Assembly: GCA_964597545.1 (NCBI GenBank)
Contig: CAZQXN010000002.1
Coordinates: 88,234 to 152,233, forward strand
DNA length: 64,000 nucleotides
Direction: 5' to 3'
Source of the DNA: an uncultured Planctomycetia bacterium
GTDB taxonomy: Bacteria; Omnitrophota; Gorgyraeia; 1-14-0-20-64-10
Shown here one piece after another: positions 42,501 through 51,800 of this stretch. The translations under genes were made by a program, and so were the position numbers. The notes below the pieces were generated by a model that did no database searches, had not been told where the DNA came from, and worked only from the letters and a program-made list of their open reading frames with translations. Every line of letters starts with the position of its first letter. The stretch's first letter is position 1.

Positions 42501-45500
42501 CCTCGGCAGTCACTTTGACCAGGATGTGGCTGTTCAGATGGATTACTTCAGGCGGCTTCAAGTGATGGCCGAGGTATTCCTGGAGGGCGCTCAGCGGGCG
42601 CAGGATCCATTTACCTTGGCCGGTTTTACGGCCTCCCTTGAGGCGGTTCGAGGCCAATACCAGGAGCTGGGTCCGCGGTTTCGCAAGGCGCTGGAAGGGG
42701 GCCTGGACCGCACCATTGAAGCGGTTACCGCCAGGATTCAATCTGTCTCCTCTGACGAAGGGGAACGCCTCGGTGAGCGGCTGGATCGCTTCAAGCAGGT
42801 TGTTGAGGGCAGGCCTCAAGTCATTTCCGAGCTAGAGACCATCGGTGAGGCCATCGGCAGCGCTGCCGACGCTGTTGCGCCCGCCACCCAAGCGTCCATT
42901 GCCCAGGCGGTTGTCCAGCAGACCATTAATCCCGGCTCTGTCTGGGTCAATCCGCTGGCTGCCTCCGGTCTGGAGGAGGAGCCGCTGGATAAGGTGATTG
43001 AGCATCTGCTCGCCGTCCCGGCCGGACTCTCCATCCAGAACCCTCAGGCTTATTGGCTTGAGCAGATGGCGGCGGCTCAGGTGAGCGACCTTGATTCGCT
43101 GGAGGTTTTTTTGTCGGATAGGGCAGTTCCGAATGATGCCCTGGATTTCCAACAGCGGCAGCGTTTGCTGGATCTTCTGGACAACTACGACGCCCTCCAC
43201 CAGGTTTTCCGGGTGAACATGGAGATGAGCCGCCTAGAGACGGTCAATCTGATCCTGGCCCAGGCGCAAGCCAACGATTCAACGTTCGCGCAGGAGGTCC
43301 GGGGCGTTCTGGATGTTCCGGATTCCGCGCTGCCCACCGGCGGCGAGCTTGAGGAGATCATCCGTTTGGCCGAGGTGCTGATTGAAGCCGGCGGCAACAG
43401 CGCCCGGGCAGTCCGGGAGATGGCCCGGGCGGCCCAACGGGTTGCCATCAGCGAAACCCCGGTCCATGACGACGGCGGCAACTACGGCAAGTGGCGCTTC
43501 TTGCTGGAGGAGCTCTTTGGCCGGTTTCTGGTTTCATTGGGAGGGGACCTTGCCAACCACCGGACCGTGGAGCCGACACATTTGATTCGGCAGGTCATGG
43601 CCGACCGGCTCCCGCAGAAGGGAACGGAGGCCTGGACCGATGCCGATACCCCTCGATCCCTTCTGATCAAGGAGATCGCCACCGCCTTTGCTTCTTACCG
43701 GCTTCAGCACGGTGAGCCGGATTTTTCAGAGGAAGCGTTCCTGGTGCGGACGCTGGCCAGCTTGATCTCCGCGCACCGGATCTTAAGCAGCGCCTTCCCT
43801 GACATCCTGGAAACCAAAGTCCTCTCCAAGGCAAGCAGCCAGAATGTAGCCGGTGTGGCGGTCGCGCTGCGCTCCGGCTTCCTGGTTCCGCAGACGCAGA
43901 CGGTCAACCCCGAGCAGCTTGCCAGAGCCCTTCTTCTCTGGAACCGTCTGTTGGGGTTGTCCAAGCGGGACGGGATGGTGCTGCCGGCGACCCTGGACGG
44001 GGCACGGCTCTATTTTGTCTACTCGGATCGCCTCGCGGCGGAGGAAGCGTCTCCAGAGGGTGTTGTAGAGTCCATTCGGCTGGGAGATGCCGAGATCGAT
44101 CCAAACGATTACTTCGTCCTTGCGCTGCCCGGCAAGAGCCTGGTCTTGACCGATGGATTGGGCCGGCGGCTGCAGTACGAGGCGGGTGAGCGCGCCTATG
44201 TCGCTCGAGAAGACGGCGAAATAGTCAACCGCTTCGAGGCGTTTCCCGCCCAGATCAGCAAGGCGATCCACCAGCGGCTCAGAACGGTCGATGAGATCTC
44301 CCTGGTTCGCGGGGAGGACCACGCCAGCGAAGAAGACACCCTCTACAAAGATGCCCAGGTCATCGCCTGGGGGGCAGAGTTCCCCTACAGAGCTCTGCCT
44401 CAGGCAAGCCCTGTTTCGCAGCGGCTGTATCAGGCGATTCTGGACGGTGAAACGCAAATGGAGACCATCGTCTTTGGACCCGGCTCTGAGGGTACCTCCA
44501 TCGCACCCCTCTTCTGGCGTCGAGAAACAGTGGAGTTTCTCCGGCAGCTTGCTAAGCGCAGGAGGGATGGCAGGCGGGTACCCAGGGCGGTCTTCATCTT
44601 CAATCCAACCGAGACCAACGACTCCTTTGGCCTGGGGGTTGAAGGGCAGATCCGCAACCACGAGATGATCATGCGCGAGGTCCTCAAGGATGAGACAGTT
44701 CAGTTTGAGGAGCTCTTTCCGGAGATCCTGCTCTTTGACCACACCGATCCCTGGGTGACCGCACCGAACCCGGCGGTGGCCAAGGAGATGGAGCAGATCA
44801 CAGGCAAACCGGTTGCGCCTGAGGATGTGGATTATGCTCGGATTCTCGGCCCTTCAGCGGATGAGGAGGCGGCCGGAGTGATGCACGGCCGCGTCAAGAA
44901 AAACCGCCGGCCGCTCCCTGTTGACGATGCGCTCATCCAACGACTCAGAGATCGGTTCGAGGCGGCCGGAGGAAAAGTCCATCTGGCTCCCTTTGCCGAT
45001 GTTCGGGCAACGGTGGAGTCCAGCCGGGGCAAGATCTCCATTGAGGCACGCGTGCAGGCCATCACCCACCGAGCGGCTCCCATACTCTTTCCAAAGAGCA
45101 GGGACCTTCTGCTTCAGGCCGCTGTCCGGCAAGAGGGCCGGATCTACGAGCAGAAGCACGGAACGCTCCCAGCCCCGCAGCAGCTGGCAGAGTTCCTCAA
45201 CAAGTTCGGGTATGAGACAAATGCCGACGAGGTTGCTGCCATCGCCGCCGGCCAGGAGGAGGCGGATCTGCTTGTCAGTGAAGCCATCGCCTCGGGCCAG
45301 CTTGCCGCCCAAGATTTCTACGCCAAGCCCAGTTCCGCGGGGGGGACCACCTACGTGGTCCCGGTTCCGGCCCGGCAGGAACCAGCCCCCATGGAGCTGT
45401 GGTGGCAGGCCGGCCTTGAGGAGCCCAAGACAGTACCCCCTCACACACGGAAGATCCTCTACGCTGCCACCCTCGCCGCAGCCATAGCTCAGCGCAACGA

Positions 45501-45774
45501 TCAGCCCCCCGCAGAGAACGCCCGATTTGTCCTCAATGAAGCTGTTGCCGGGGGCAACCCGGCCCTCTGGCTGCCGAGCCGGCATCCTCTGCCACCCTCC
45601 ATCACCCTGACCGAGGAGCTTTCCATTCAACTGGTGGCCTCTGCGCAGGAGTTTCCCCGGACCATTGCCCTTTTGCTGGATTTGGCCGAGAAGGCCGGCA
45701 TGACGCTTCGGATCAACGCGCTCCGTTTCTTCACGGTGGAGAATCAGGTCTATGCCATCGTGACAGCGACGTAA
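36505..45774 (+). CDS. Giant secreted multidomain protein (3089 aa). It has a signal peptide and the conserved post-signal module. It embeds a full-length diverged GlmS-like region (GATase-II-like plus two SIS domains) at ~36859-39110 and a left-handed beta-helix at ~41521-42030. Recurrent G-L/Q-E-E linkers punctuate it.
   Basis: Single uninterrupted frame. N-terminus 'RRLISALTILSFIFTQAVPAWALRP..RASALRESQ'. See the domain features below. Confidence 0.7.
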   Translation: MKRQQSGCARRLISALTILSFIFTQAVPAWALRPTQEEASPRASALRESQEDKTLLQLRQALFQVGRFFRPASASPATGLEETLRVAASIHPPITLRIGADRISTLHAGRHTRVERGDCGCFVRVGKPQSQGGLDPNELVLTAARALEPRGYQSASAGVITLGDDPSFDVRKVLGGADELEPILSGHPLPDGGVQLVHLRWPTEGKPSEDNQHPTIIRPDQTNPAEVEFIFNGDITNFREIDDFLAEHGIHRPSGVETDAWSAAALIWYYFQLPSEEQISGRAKAIYMRDRIEGRDKENWEQAAEELKAEGVHMPLLEAVHLAYGRLEGDFALIAVSEKEPGKAIGALKGQKPLVAGRGQDAETGNFLASEASTFIDYTDQNQTLQSGDIVVLTQDEVTFYRRREEGHPGRLALEVIPPEERPIQPLDIEEVKVSKVFRGREFSTFTEKEVAEGGEAIRRTIEHQGRLPVLRDRIEGRAEPMPGLNLTDEDWRKARGLLLVAMGTANYAAEAAAPHLFGDLALGGDSPEPFSVRVETGTTLFDVLRAQILTLVRRSDPNVRQPTDLDGWVALIKQHQGGALKPLFAQYQGFIGIAVSQSGNTMDTNQIVILLQALGVRFIGVVNKPIDTPLPRLTKEDGGLFRTKAGAEMGVASTKAFVAQVIALRLISVYAGLVRETLPPDEAAMQLGAIHNLPGIVEKWLADPSKQEAIRRIARLLANQQTLMFLSRGVQVPVSKEGALKLLELAYLFTVGMDAALMKHGFIAYFPESRDPAFTKFAVAILTDRVSLKETLTNLSEARSRYGHVVGIAFESDRAEVLPHVDDLITIPDVPDELAAIVGVLPLQALAVETTKRINRTGENLAAWAEMLYWKLRQLETGVSGVTQQELFKTAKSVLEHYSRFTDDGRLELLPTAKTRQVYYLIKAAVEAGEQGEYSQMEAGVRDAIRALRGQSLSLIMFFDHELARLAAPDQDESDAILTAQERAQVVRIMGDVSFEEGNTPSEVLKKLSADLAVFYSQAVSRGSTMKGRWRDWRFNKGLGTFLGRDLDKPRGLAKEVTVDLLEADLRSQLANLGVPEDQLDTTFLGLQELLPGGQIHEQPGVLKVVARLSGVPEGTLRRRAMMHEQAHQILRRAAPSQDLLWAVHQAVEAADLRRVEEDPRSFVPFQAAFEKRFRGGHFPTRQKFLEELVAKYALARLTGTAETRYAQVAPEMEQLFNGTNLDWLPDVKEALAADLGIPAERMDQAGMMPGTFGQLFDPSFRPEWDQRASTATPEVIKARQMSRLGRALGLQPGLGWDAREMRLQRSLARYDRALRTAAPIPKVDPAVQAGQEEGGLVVFEVGEVALDNEVRYTPAKRYADRQYRLDRALMDMVRPWLEAIGAEISVKYGDSLARSWRHPQPSGSDQRRFFRLERGDAVATIAPAYRGPMAATAHRILLVAVKDSPQEPTRYWLLPSDSRLQNRLQRLAGHFLKGEPIPGPLLSGFLSPELRFATDVLDAAAERFIQLQWEHSEEVRLTFGDAIPGPQANQTTLFIIGPRHSHGMLDALTTPLNPDHADLNISASRSIDNVAAFPFDFCYVVVDAPPEQLRQPRDTLDGQSVLGAIRERVDTLNRLRTPQALPVKPATSSPPAVTAGGLEELVVGRDYADARHVAGIQFLQAVQLSGRTRLGSGIYLDPTHGGQFPDAVITIGEGTVLFDNAKLYGPMVIGRSAEVGGILAGTAESPLIVGAGATIHRSNADVKRSVIGPEAVVDGADIADSTVVPFLRGVRIIAPAAADTGAVLEGGAVAFGGTVGTHVKLRRHSVVGPFAALGNASEHKGVVFIGATPDANIEFPHAGFTASLMATAFLPEGDPGSKAYYDSYRQTLRAVMFGELVDARKADLPSRSPVSGSGAAWQLVYAVDDSDVSFMAIRDNFGAFTAVSDYNSFTGEKSGSTAEGGTATGVHSALKAPVALRHLIAVGNLSQATGDVAAGTLTAGTDQFTLPEYRSLERPFALGSHFDQDVAVQMDYFRRLQVMAEVFLEGAQRAQDPFTLAGFTASLEAVRGQYQELGPRFRKALEGGLDRTIEAVTARIQSVSSDEGERLGERLDRFKQVVEGRPQVISELETIGEAIGSAADAVAPATQASIAQAVVQQTINPGSVWVNPLAASGLEEEPLDKVIEHLLAVPAGLSIQNPQAYWLEQMAAAQVSDLDSLEVFLSDRAVPNDALDFQQRQRLLDLLDNYDALHQVFRVNMEMSRLETVNLILAQAQANDSTFAQEVRGVLDVPDSALPTGGELEEIIRLAEVLIEAGGNSARAVREMARAAQRVAISETPVHDDGGNYGKWRFLLEELFGRFLVSLGGDLANHRTVEPTHLIRQVMADRLPQKGTEAWTDADTPRSLLIKEIATAFASYRLQHGEPDFSEEAFLVRTLASLISAHRILSSAFPDILETKVLSKASSQNVAGVAVALRSGFLVPQTQTVNPEQLARALLLWNRLLGLSKRDGMVLPATLDGARLYFVYSDRLAAEEASPEGVVESIRLGDAEIDPNDYFVLALPGKSLVLTDGLGRRLQYEAGERAYVAREDGEIVNRFEAFPAQISKAIHQRLRTVDEISLVRGEDHASEEDTLYKDAQVIAWGAEFPYRALPQASPVSQRLYQAILDGETQMETIVFGPGSEGTSIAPLFWRRETVEFLRQLAKRRRDGRRVPRAVFIFNPTETNDSFGLGVEGQIRNHEMIMREVLKDETVQFEELFPEILLFDHTDPWVTAPNPAVAKEMEQITGKPVAPEDVDYARILGPSADEEAAGVMHGRVKKNRRPLPVDDALIQRLRDRFEAAGGKVHLAPFADVRATVESSRGKISIEARVQAITHRAAPILFPKSRDLLLQAAVRQEGRIYEQKHGTLPAPQQLAEFLNKFGYETNADEVAAIAAGQEEADLLVSEAIASGQLAAQDFYAKPSSAGGTTYVVPVPARQEPAPMELWWQAGLEEPKTVPPHTRKILYAATLAAAIAQRNDQPPAENARFVLNEAVAGGNPALWLPSRHPLPPSITLTEELSIQLVASAQEFPRTIALLLDLAEKAGMTLRINALRFFTVENQVYAIVTAT
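36859..39110 (+). other. GlmS-like (glutamine--fructose-6-phosphate aminotransferase-like) region inside the giant protein: a degenerate class-II glutaminase-like domain followed by two SIS domains
   Basis: 'CGCFVRVG' (cf. N-terminal CGIVG), 'LEPRGYQSASAGVI' (cf. 'LEYRGYDSAGLAV'), 'LVHLRWPTEGKPSEDNQHP' (cf. 'IAHTRWATHGEPSEANAHP'), 'IFNGDITNF' (cf. 'VHNGIIENH'), 'IAVSQSGNTMDT' (cf. 'SQSGETADT'), 'GVASTKAFVAQV' (cf. 'GVASTKAFTTQL'), 'KEGALKLLELAYL' (cf. 'LEGALKLKEISYI'), 'PLQALAV' (cf. 'PLQLLAY'). Several catalytic positions are substituted (T to E in 'WPTEG', E to N in 'SQSGNT'). Confidence 0.65.
41521..42030 (+). other. Left-handed parallel beta-helix (hexapeptide-repeat, acyltransferase-like) domain inside the giant protein
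   Basis: 'VITIGEGTVLFDNAKLYGPMVIGRSAEVGGILAGTAESPLIVGAGATIHRSNADVKRSVIGPEAVVDGADIADSTVV' shows the [LIV]-G-x-x-x-x periodicity. Confidence 0.5.
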
Positions 45775-45784
45775 CCTTAAAATC

Positions 45785-45797
45785 GGTACCAGGTACC
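45785..45797 (+). repeat. ggtaccaggtacc palindrome in the 46-nt spacer between the two largest genes. It is the first of three closely spaced copies; the others are at 45927 and 45954.
   Basis: 'aaatcggtaccaggtaccaaag' in the intergenic spacer. Confidence 0.8.
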
Positions 45798-45820
45798 AAA
45801 GAAAAAGACACGACGAGATT

Positions 45821-48800
45821 ATGAATGGTTTAGACAACAGAAAAATCTGGATTCGACTCAGCGCCTGGGTGGTGATCCAGGCGCTGGTTGTTACCCATCT
45901 TTCCCCGGCCTTTGCTGAACCCAAAATCGGTACCAGGTACCAAGATCAGAAATCGGTACCTGGTACCAAGACCTTGCGGGCAAGCCAACGGGAGTCCAAG
46001 GGGGGCCTTGAGGAACTCAGAGAGGCCCTCACCGAAGACGCTCCTCAGGCGCCTACCGAAACTTCCCCTGCTTCCGGTTTGGAAGAGACGATGGTGGATG
46101 CAGGGGGAGTTCATGGCCCCGGTTTCGGGCTTCTGCTTGAAGCGGATGAGGCGGCGTTGGGGCGTTATGGGACGGAAGCGGCCAAGGAGTTTGCGAAAAC
46201 AGGAGTTCCGGTTCCCAAGCTGGGCGAGGGCGAACGGGTCGGACGCTCCAGTTTGTCTTTTTCCGGAAGGGCGAACGGAATCTTCGGCCGCGCCAAGATC
46301 GGGCAGTTTCAGCTGAATGCAGAGGAGCGCCACCGCCGGCCGCAGGCGGCAGCGACCCGAAACCGGCTTCAAGCGGGCTTGAACTTCTTAGCCGGTCAGC
46401 AGCGGCGCGAGAGAGCCCAAAGTGAACTCGTCCTTGAACTGCTCCCCTTAATCACCCCCCTGGTTCGCCTTAACGCCTCTGCGGCGGCGCTGAGGAGCGC
46501 TGAGCGCCGGATGGATGAGCTCATTGATCGGTTGGATGCTCTCGGGGAGGGCAGGGGAGTCCGCGCTGAGGTTGCCCGTCAGCTTCAGGCACATCTTGAG
46601 GCGTGGAGAGGCGGCGCCGGGGAAAATCAACTCATGACTCAGGCGCAGAGAGTTCTGCTCGCCCAGCGCGTGGATGCCTTAATCCTGGAGGGTCAGCTCT
46701 CTGCTGGGGCGTTGCAGCAAGCAGAGCGGCTCCAAGAACAGCTGGAGCAGGAGCGCTACGGGGTCTATGAAGATCAAGCGCCAGAGAAGCAAAAAGGGAT
46801 TTCTTTCAACGGAGTCTCTTTGATCGCGCATCTGATCTCTTTTGCCCGGATTCCGACCCAGCGCTTAGCCCAGCGCCTTGCCCAGAGCAGCGCCAAAGGG
46901 AGAATCCCCTTGGAGCTGTGGGTAGATCACGATCGCCTGCTGGACATTCCGCCGTTGTCTGATTTGCGGTACCGGGGCGAGGAGCGGGTGATGCGCCTGG
47001 ATTTGACCACTCCTCACAGGGTCAACGGTTTTGATGCTGGCGGGCAGTTGTATGGTTTGGCCCTCTTTAATCAACTTCAGGCTGTGGTTCAAGCCGCTGA
47101 GCCGGCCGGACCCACTCCTCCCTGGTTGGACCCGGTGGAGTTGGGCGCCAAGGAGAATCTCTTAACGAGCTTTACCTGCTATGAGACCTGGGCCCCTCAA
47201 GCTCAGCAGGCCCTTGCTCAGACCTTGAAGGATCGCCACATCGACAGCGGCCACCATTTCAGATGGTTCCTGACCAGCGGCGCTTATGGGACGCCGCTGG
47301 AGAAGGAGTTGGCGGCCGAGCGGCTCATGGGCCGGACACGGCTTGTCCTGGAATATGACCAGGGTGATCCGGATGATCCCGAGTCGATCATCTCCATACT
47401 CGAATCCGAAACCGATCTGGAGGTTTTGAGCGATCGGATCGCACCCCTACTCACAGGCAGCGCCAGTCCGGCAATGGCCGCGGCCAATGCCGCACGAGTA
47501 GGGCGCTGGGCGCAGAGCACCGGCCGACTGCTGGTGGGCACCCGAGCGGGACTTGCCTCCTTTGTGGAGGCGATTGCGATGGCCGGAGCCCGCCAGCTTT
47601 CCGTGAAGGAGTTGGAAGCCCAAGTCCGGGGCTTGGTGGCTTGGCTGGATGAAACCCGGGTGGATCTCCAGACTCCGGAGCTTGGGGCGGTTAGAGATTT
47701 CAGTGCGGTCAGAGGGGTTGCGATGGAGTTGGTGAACCTCGCCGGCCAGAAGACCGTCTTTGATGCCCAGCTTCAGGGGGCGATTCAGCGCTTTGACGCG
47801 CGGCTTGGAGAATTCCATGCCTCGGTAGTGAAGGAGCTGCGCTCCTTAAGAACAGAACAGGCCGGGGTCATAGCGCGAGAGAAGGCGGCGAGCGGCCGCT
47901 CCAGGCGCGAGAGCCGTTTGGCCCGGGATCTTGCCGTGATCCAAAAGAAGGTGGACCAGCTGGATGGCATCATGAGCGCTCTTAAAGAGGCGCGGGCTCA
48001 AGCTCCCAAGGGAGAGCCCGTCCAGGTCATCATCTTCCAGCGGCCTTCGGCCAGAGGGGTGCGCAACATTGCCGTGGGCGCTACCGGCAAGGACATCTAC
48101 TTCTCTACCGATCCCAAGCTGAATGCTCTCTTAGCGAAAGGCGCCCACAACGCCCACTTCACCCCATTTGAGCGGGTTTATATTGCCGTGGTGGATGTCC
48201 TGGTCGAACCCCTTCCGGCATACGCCAATTTCTTCATGCTTGAGCTGAAGGGCGGCCGGAATGAGCTGGTTCCCTTTGTGGACCGCAAGGCGATGCTCGC
48301 GATGTTTTCCAACTCATCCGACAGCATGCGCCAGAACATCCGGCACCGGTTTGAGTCGTGGTGGATCGGCATGGCCCAGCGGATTGTGGCGCGCCAGATG
48401 CAGGCAGAGGACGAAGTGGAGCGGATCCAGCGAGAGCACGGGGTGGATGAGGCCGATGCGCTCCGTTGGCTCATCTGGGAAAGGGGTTGGGAGCCGCTGG
48501 TGGGGCAGGTGGCGGCGGTTGCGGAGCGGACGCGCGATAATCTTCTAGAGCAGGTTTTTTCCCTCAAGGGAAAGTACCTGATCGATGAGCGGGATGCCTT
48601 GGAATTGGCGGTTCGGGATGATAGCTCAACCCAGAATCTCTTAGGCCGCCTGCGGGATCAGGCGGAGGCGGCCGATGAGCCGTTTGACCAGTTTCTGGAC
48701 ACCTTTACCAGGAGGCACCGCCTGATTCAGCGGGGCAGGGTACTGGCTCAGCGCGCCCTGGAGAGACCCCAAGGCATGTTCCAGGTCCATAATCTCACCA

Positions 48801-51800
48801 CCATGGGTCCTTTTGAGACCGCGACCAGCAACCGGGAGGTGCTGGAACGATCTTTCGCGGCCGGCAATGTGGTGGATCATTACCGGCTGGACGGCAAAGT
48901 CCGAGCCATCTTAAGACATTGGAATGACCGGACGACCGCCGTCGCTGAAACTGTAGTCCGGGAGTTGGATTACAGCGGCTATCTGGATGAGGCGATTGAA
49001 GAGTTTCGCGGCAGCCCCTCCAATCCGAAAGATCGGGCACGCGGATTGCGCTCCATCATGGACAGCTACCCTGAGGTGGGGGATGAGGTGATCAAGATCG
49101 TCCTGCTCCTTGAAGCGCAGGAAAAGCGGCGCTGGGAGGGGCGGCTGGTTGAAGCGGCCGGAACACTCATGGAAAGCGCCCCCTACCAGAAAGAAGCAGA
49201 GGATCTTGAAGCTGTTGCCGGGGAGAACGGCTGGGATCTCCAGACCCCGGAGGGGCGTTTCCGGGCCACCTTTGAGGTATTAAAGCGTTCCTCTCCCTTG
49301 CGCGAGGCGGCAATCTCCCAAGCTGGACCGATTCGCTCGGCTGCAGGGGATCTTGTGGAGATTGAGGCGGTCGAGGAGAGGGTCAGGTTTCATACCGAGA
49401 GTCCGACCCAACAAGAAGACTGGCGGCTTCGGGCTGCGCGGGCAGTGCTGGATGACTTCGGGGTGGAGCCTGCTTCCGGAAAGAACCCTCTTGAAACCGT
49501 TGAGGCAAACCCCGATTACCAGAGGGCCTACCGCGCCTCTCTCTATTCCTGGGCCAGGGATGAAGTGATCGAGACACTTGGTTTGGCAGAGGCGCAGGAG
49601 GATTTTCTCTATCTTCGCAATGCCGGCTCCACCGGAATGGGGCTTTTGACCGCTCGCGAGCAGGCGATCTGGGAGACGGGCTTAAGTCACGAGCTGGACA
49701 ATCCCCGCTTTCAGTATAACGCCACCGGACCCGCCCAAGGTTTTCTCCAGGGAGCTTCCATGAGCCAGATCGACACCGGAAGGGATCAAGTTCCCTCGGT
49801 GATTGGGCTCAGGAAGATGGTGGCCGGTCTGGACGTCAGGGCGACAGCCGAGGCAGCGCGCGTCTATGAGACCTTTAACCTGGCTGGGGTTACCCGGATG
49901 AATGATCCCAGGATAGAGGAGATCTTGAAGGTTGTCGCCAACTTGCTCTGGGGAGCCCATCACTACCTCACAGAGGGGATCCACGTCAATATCCAGGCAG
50001 TGGGCGGGGACACGATGCCGATGGCGCATGAGCAGGCGGTGGCTGAGAACATGGCCGCTGACCTGGGGGCAGCGATCAGGCGGCACGCGCCCGCCGGCTT
50101 TAACTGGACCCTGGAGCGGTTTGTGAGGGAGTGGAACCTTCGCTTGGACCGGCTGATCAAGAACGGGCTTTGGTTCTACGGGGGTTTTTGCATCTTAAAG
50201 GAGCCCAACCTCCTTTTTGCGGCGATCAAGGCAACACTGCATCCGGAAACGCGCAATCAGATGCTGGAGGCCTTTGGGGTGCCTCCCCAACTGCGGCCGG
50301 AGGTGCTGGCGGATCTTCGGCGCGCCATGCGGATGCGTCAGGCCTTTGAGAGCGAGGAGGAGTGGACCGAGCATGCCCACCGCTTCTTGATGAGCCGACA
50401 AAAGGTCTATTTTGAGAAGCTTCTTCCGGTCGCAGAAACCCAAGGGCCGGGCACCACCCTTTCAACCACCCTGCATCTTCCGCGGCTTCCGGCCCTGCTA
50501 AAGTATCTGCAGCTTCGGGGGATCATTGCGGAGTCGGGGAGGCGCCAGGATGAGCGGACCCTTCAGTTCCGGTTGGCCGATTGGGTCAACAAAATGCTGG
50601 CGCAGGCCAGCATCGTCAACCGGATGGGGCTGGTGCGCAAAATTCATGAGACCCGCCGGGTCCTGGAGGAGCTGGGGGTTCCAATGTCTGAGGCGGTCAT
50701 CGTCAGGGGCGCTCCTTATAAGGCCGGCTCTGAGCTGGAGTACGACGCTTTTCTTAAAGCCATTTTTGCGATCACCGATGTGCGGGGTTCCCCGGGCATT
50801 TACATCCTTTTGATCGACAGTTTGCTTGGCAAGGATGGATTTTTCGATGAGTTTGATCGCGAGGGGAAGGAGCTGGTGCGGGAGCTTCTAGGCGGAGATG
50901 CCGGGTTCATTCCGCCGGCGGATGTCCGGTTTGTCGGACCGGGTAGCATCGGAGATGCCTACGATTTTGTTCCCCGGAACATACAGCAGAAGCATTATGG
51001 CGGAATGGATCTCAACACCATTCACAAGGAGGCGGTTGAACTGCTTGGACGGCACGGGATCAGCAGGGAGCAGATCCGCGCCGCCGCGCAAGAGCATGGG
51101 GCTGATCTGACCAAGTGGAGCGTCTTGAACGACCTTGATGCAGGGGACCGGGAGGAGGTGCTTCAGGCATTGGCCGGTTGGCGGTTGATCCTAGCCAACG
51201 GAGAGCGAGGTCTTTTCCGCAGCTACGCCCAGGCGATCCAGGGAGCCCATGTCATTGATCTGGGCATTCCAGAGCCGGAGCTGCTGGATTTGCTGGATGA
51301 GCCAACTCGGCTTCTAGGCCTGGCGCGCCAGGGCCGGGGACCGGACGCGCCGGTGGCCTTGATTGACGCGACCGCCGGATCCGCTGACTCTGCCTTAGGG
51401 ATCCGGCAGCCGATTTGGCCCAAGCTCAAGGAGCTCCTCGCCCTGGGGAGGAGGGTGGATGTCGAGGGTAAACCCTATTACACGGTGGGCTACGGAGGCT
51501 CTATCGATGAGACAGTTCAGCAGGCCCGGATAGAGCAGGAGGCCCAGGGCACCTTCGGGGAGGATCTGGAGGCGGCCCTCCTTGCCGGTGATTATGAAAC
51601 AGCGGATCGGCTCTTCACGAACTTTCAGGGCTGGGTCCGCAACAACAACAAGCACAATGAGGCGCAGGACGATCTAAGCTGGGTTATCGGAAAGCGCATG
51701 GGCGGGCAGGATGCCAGGACTGAGCCGACCCTTCCTGGGGAGAAGGGCCTCCGTACCGTCCGCAGGTTTGACATCCAGGCGCGCGTGATGAGCCGGCTGG

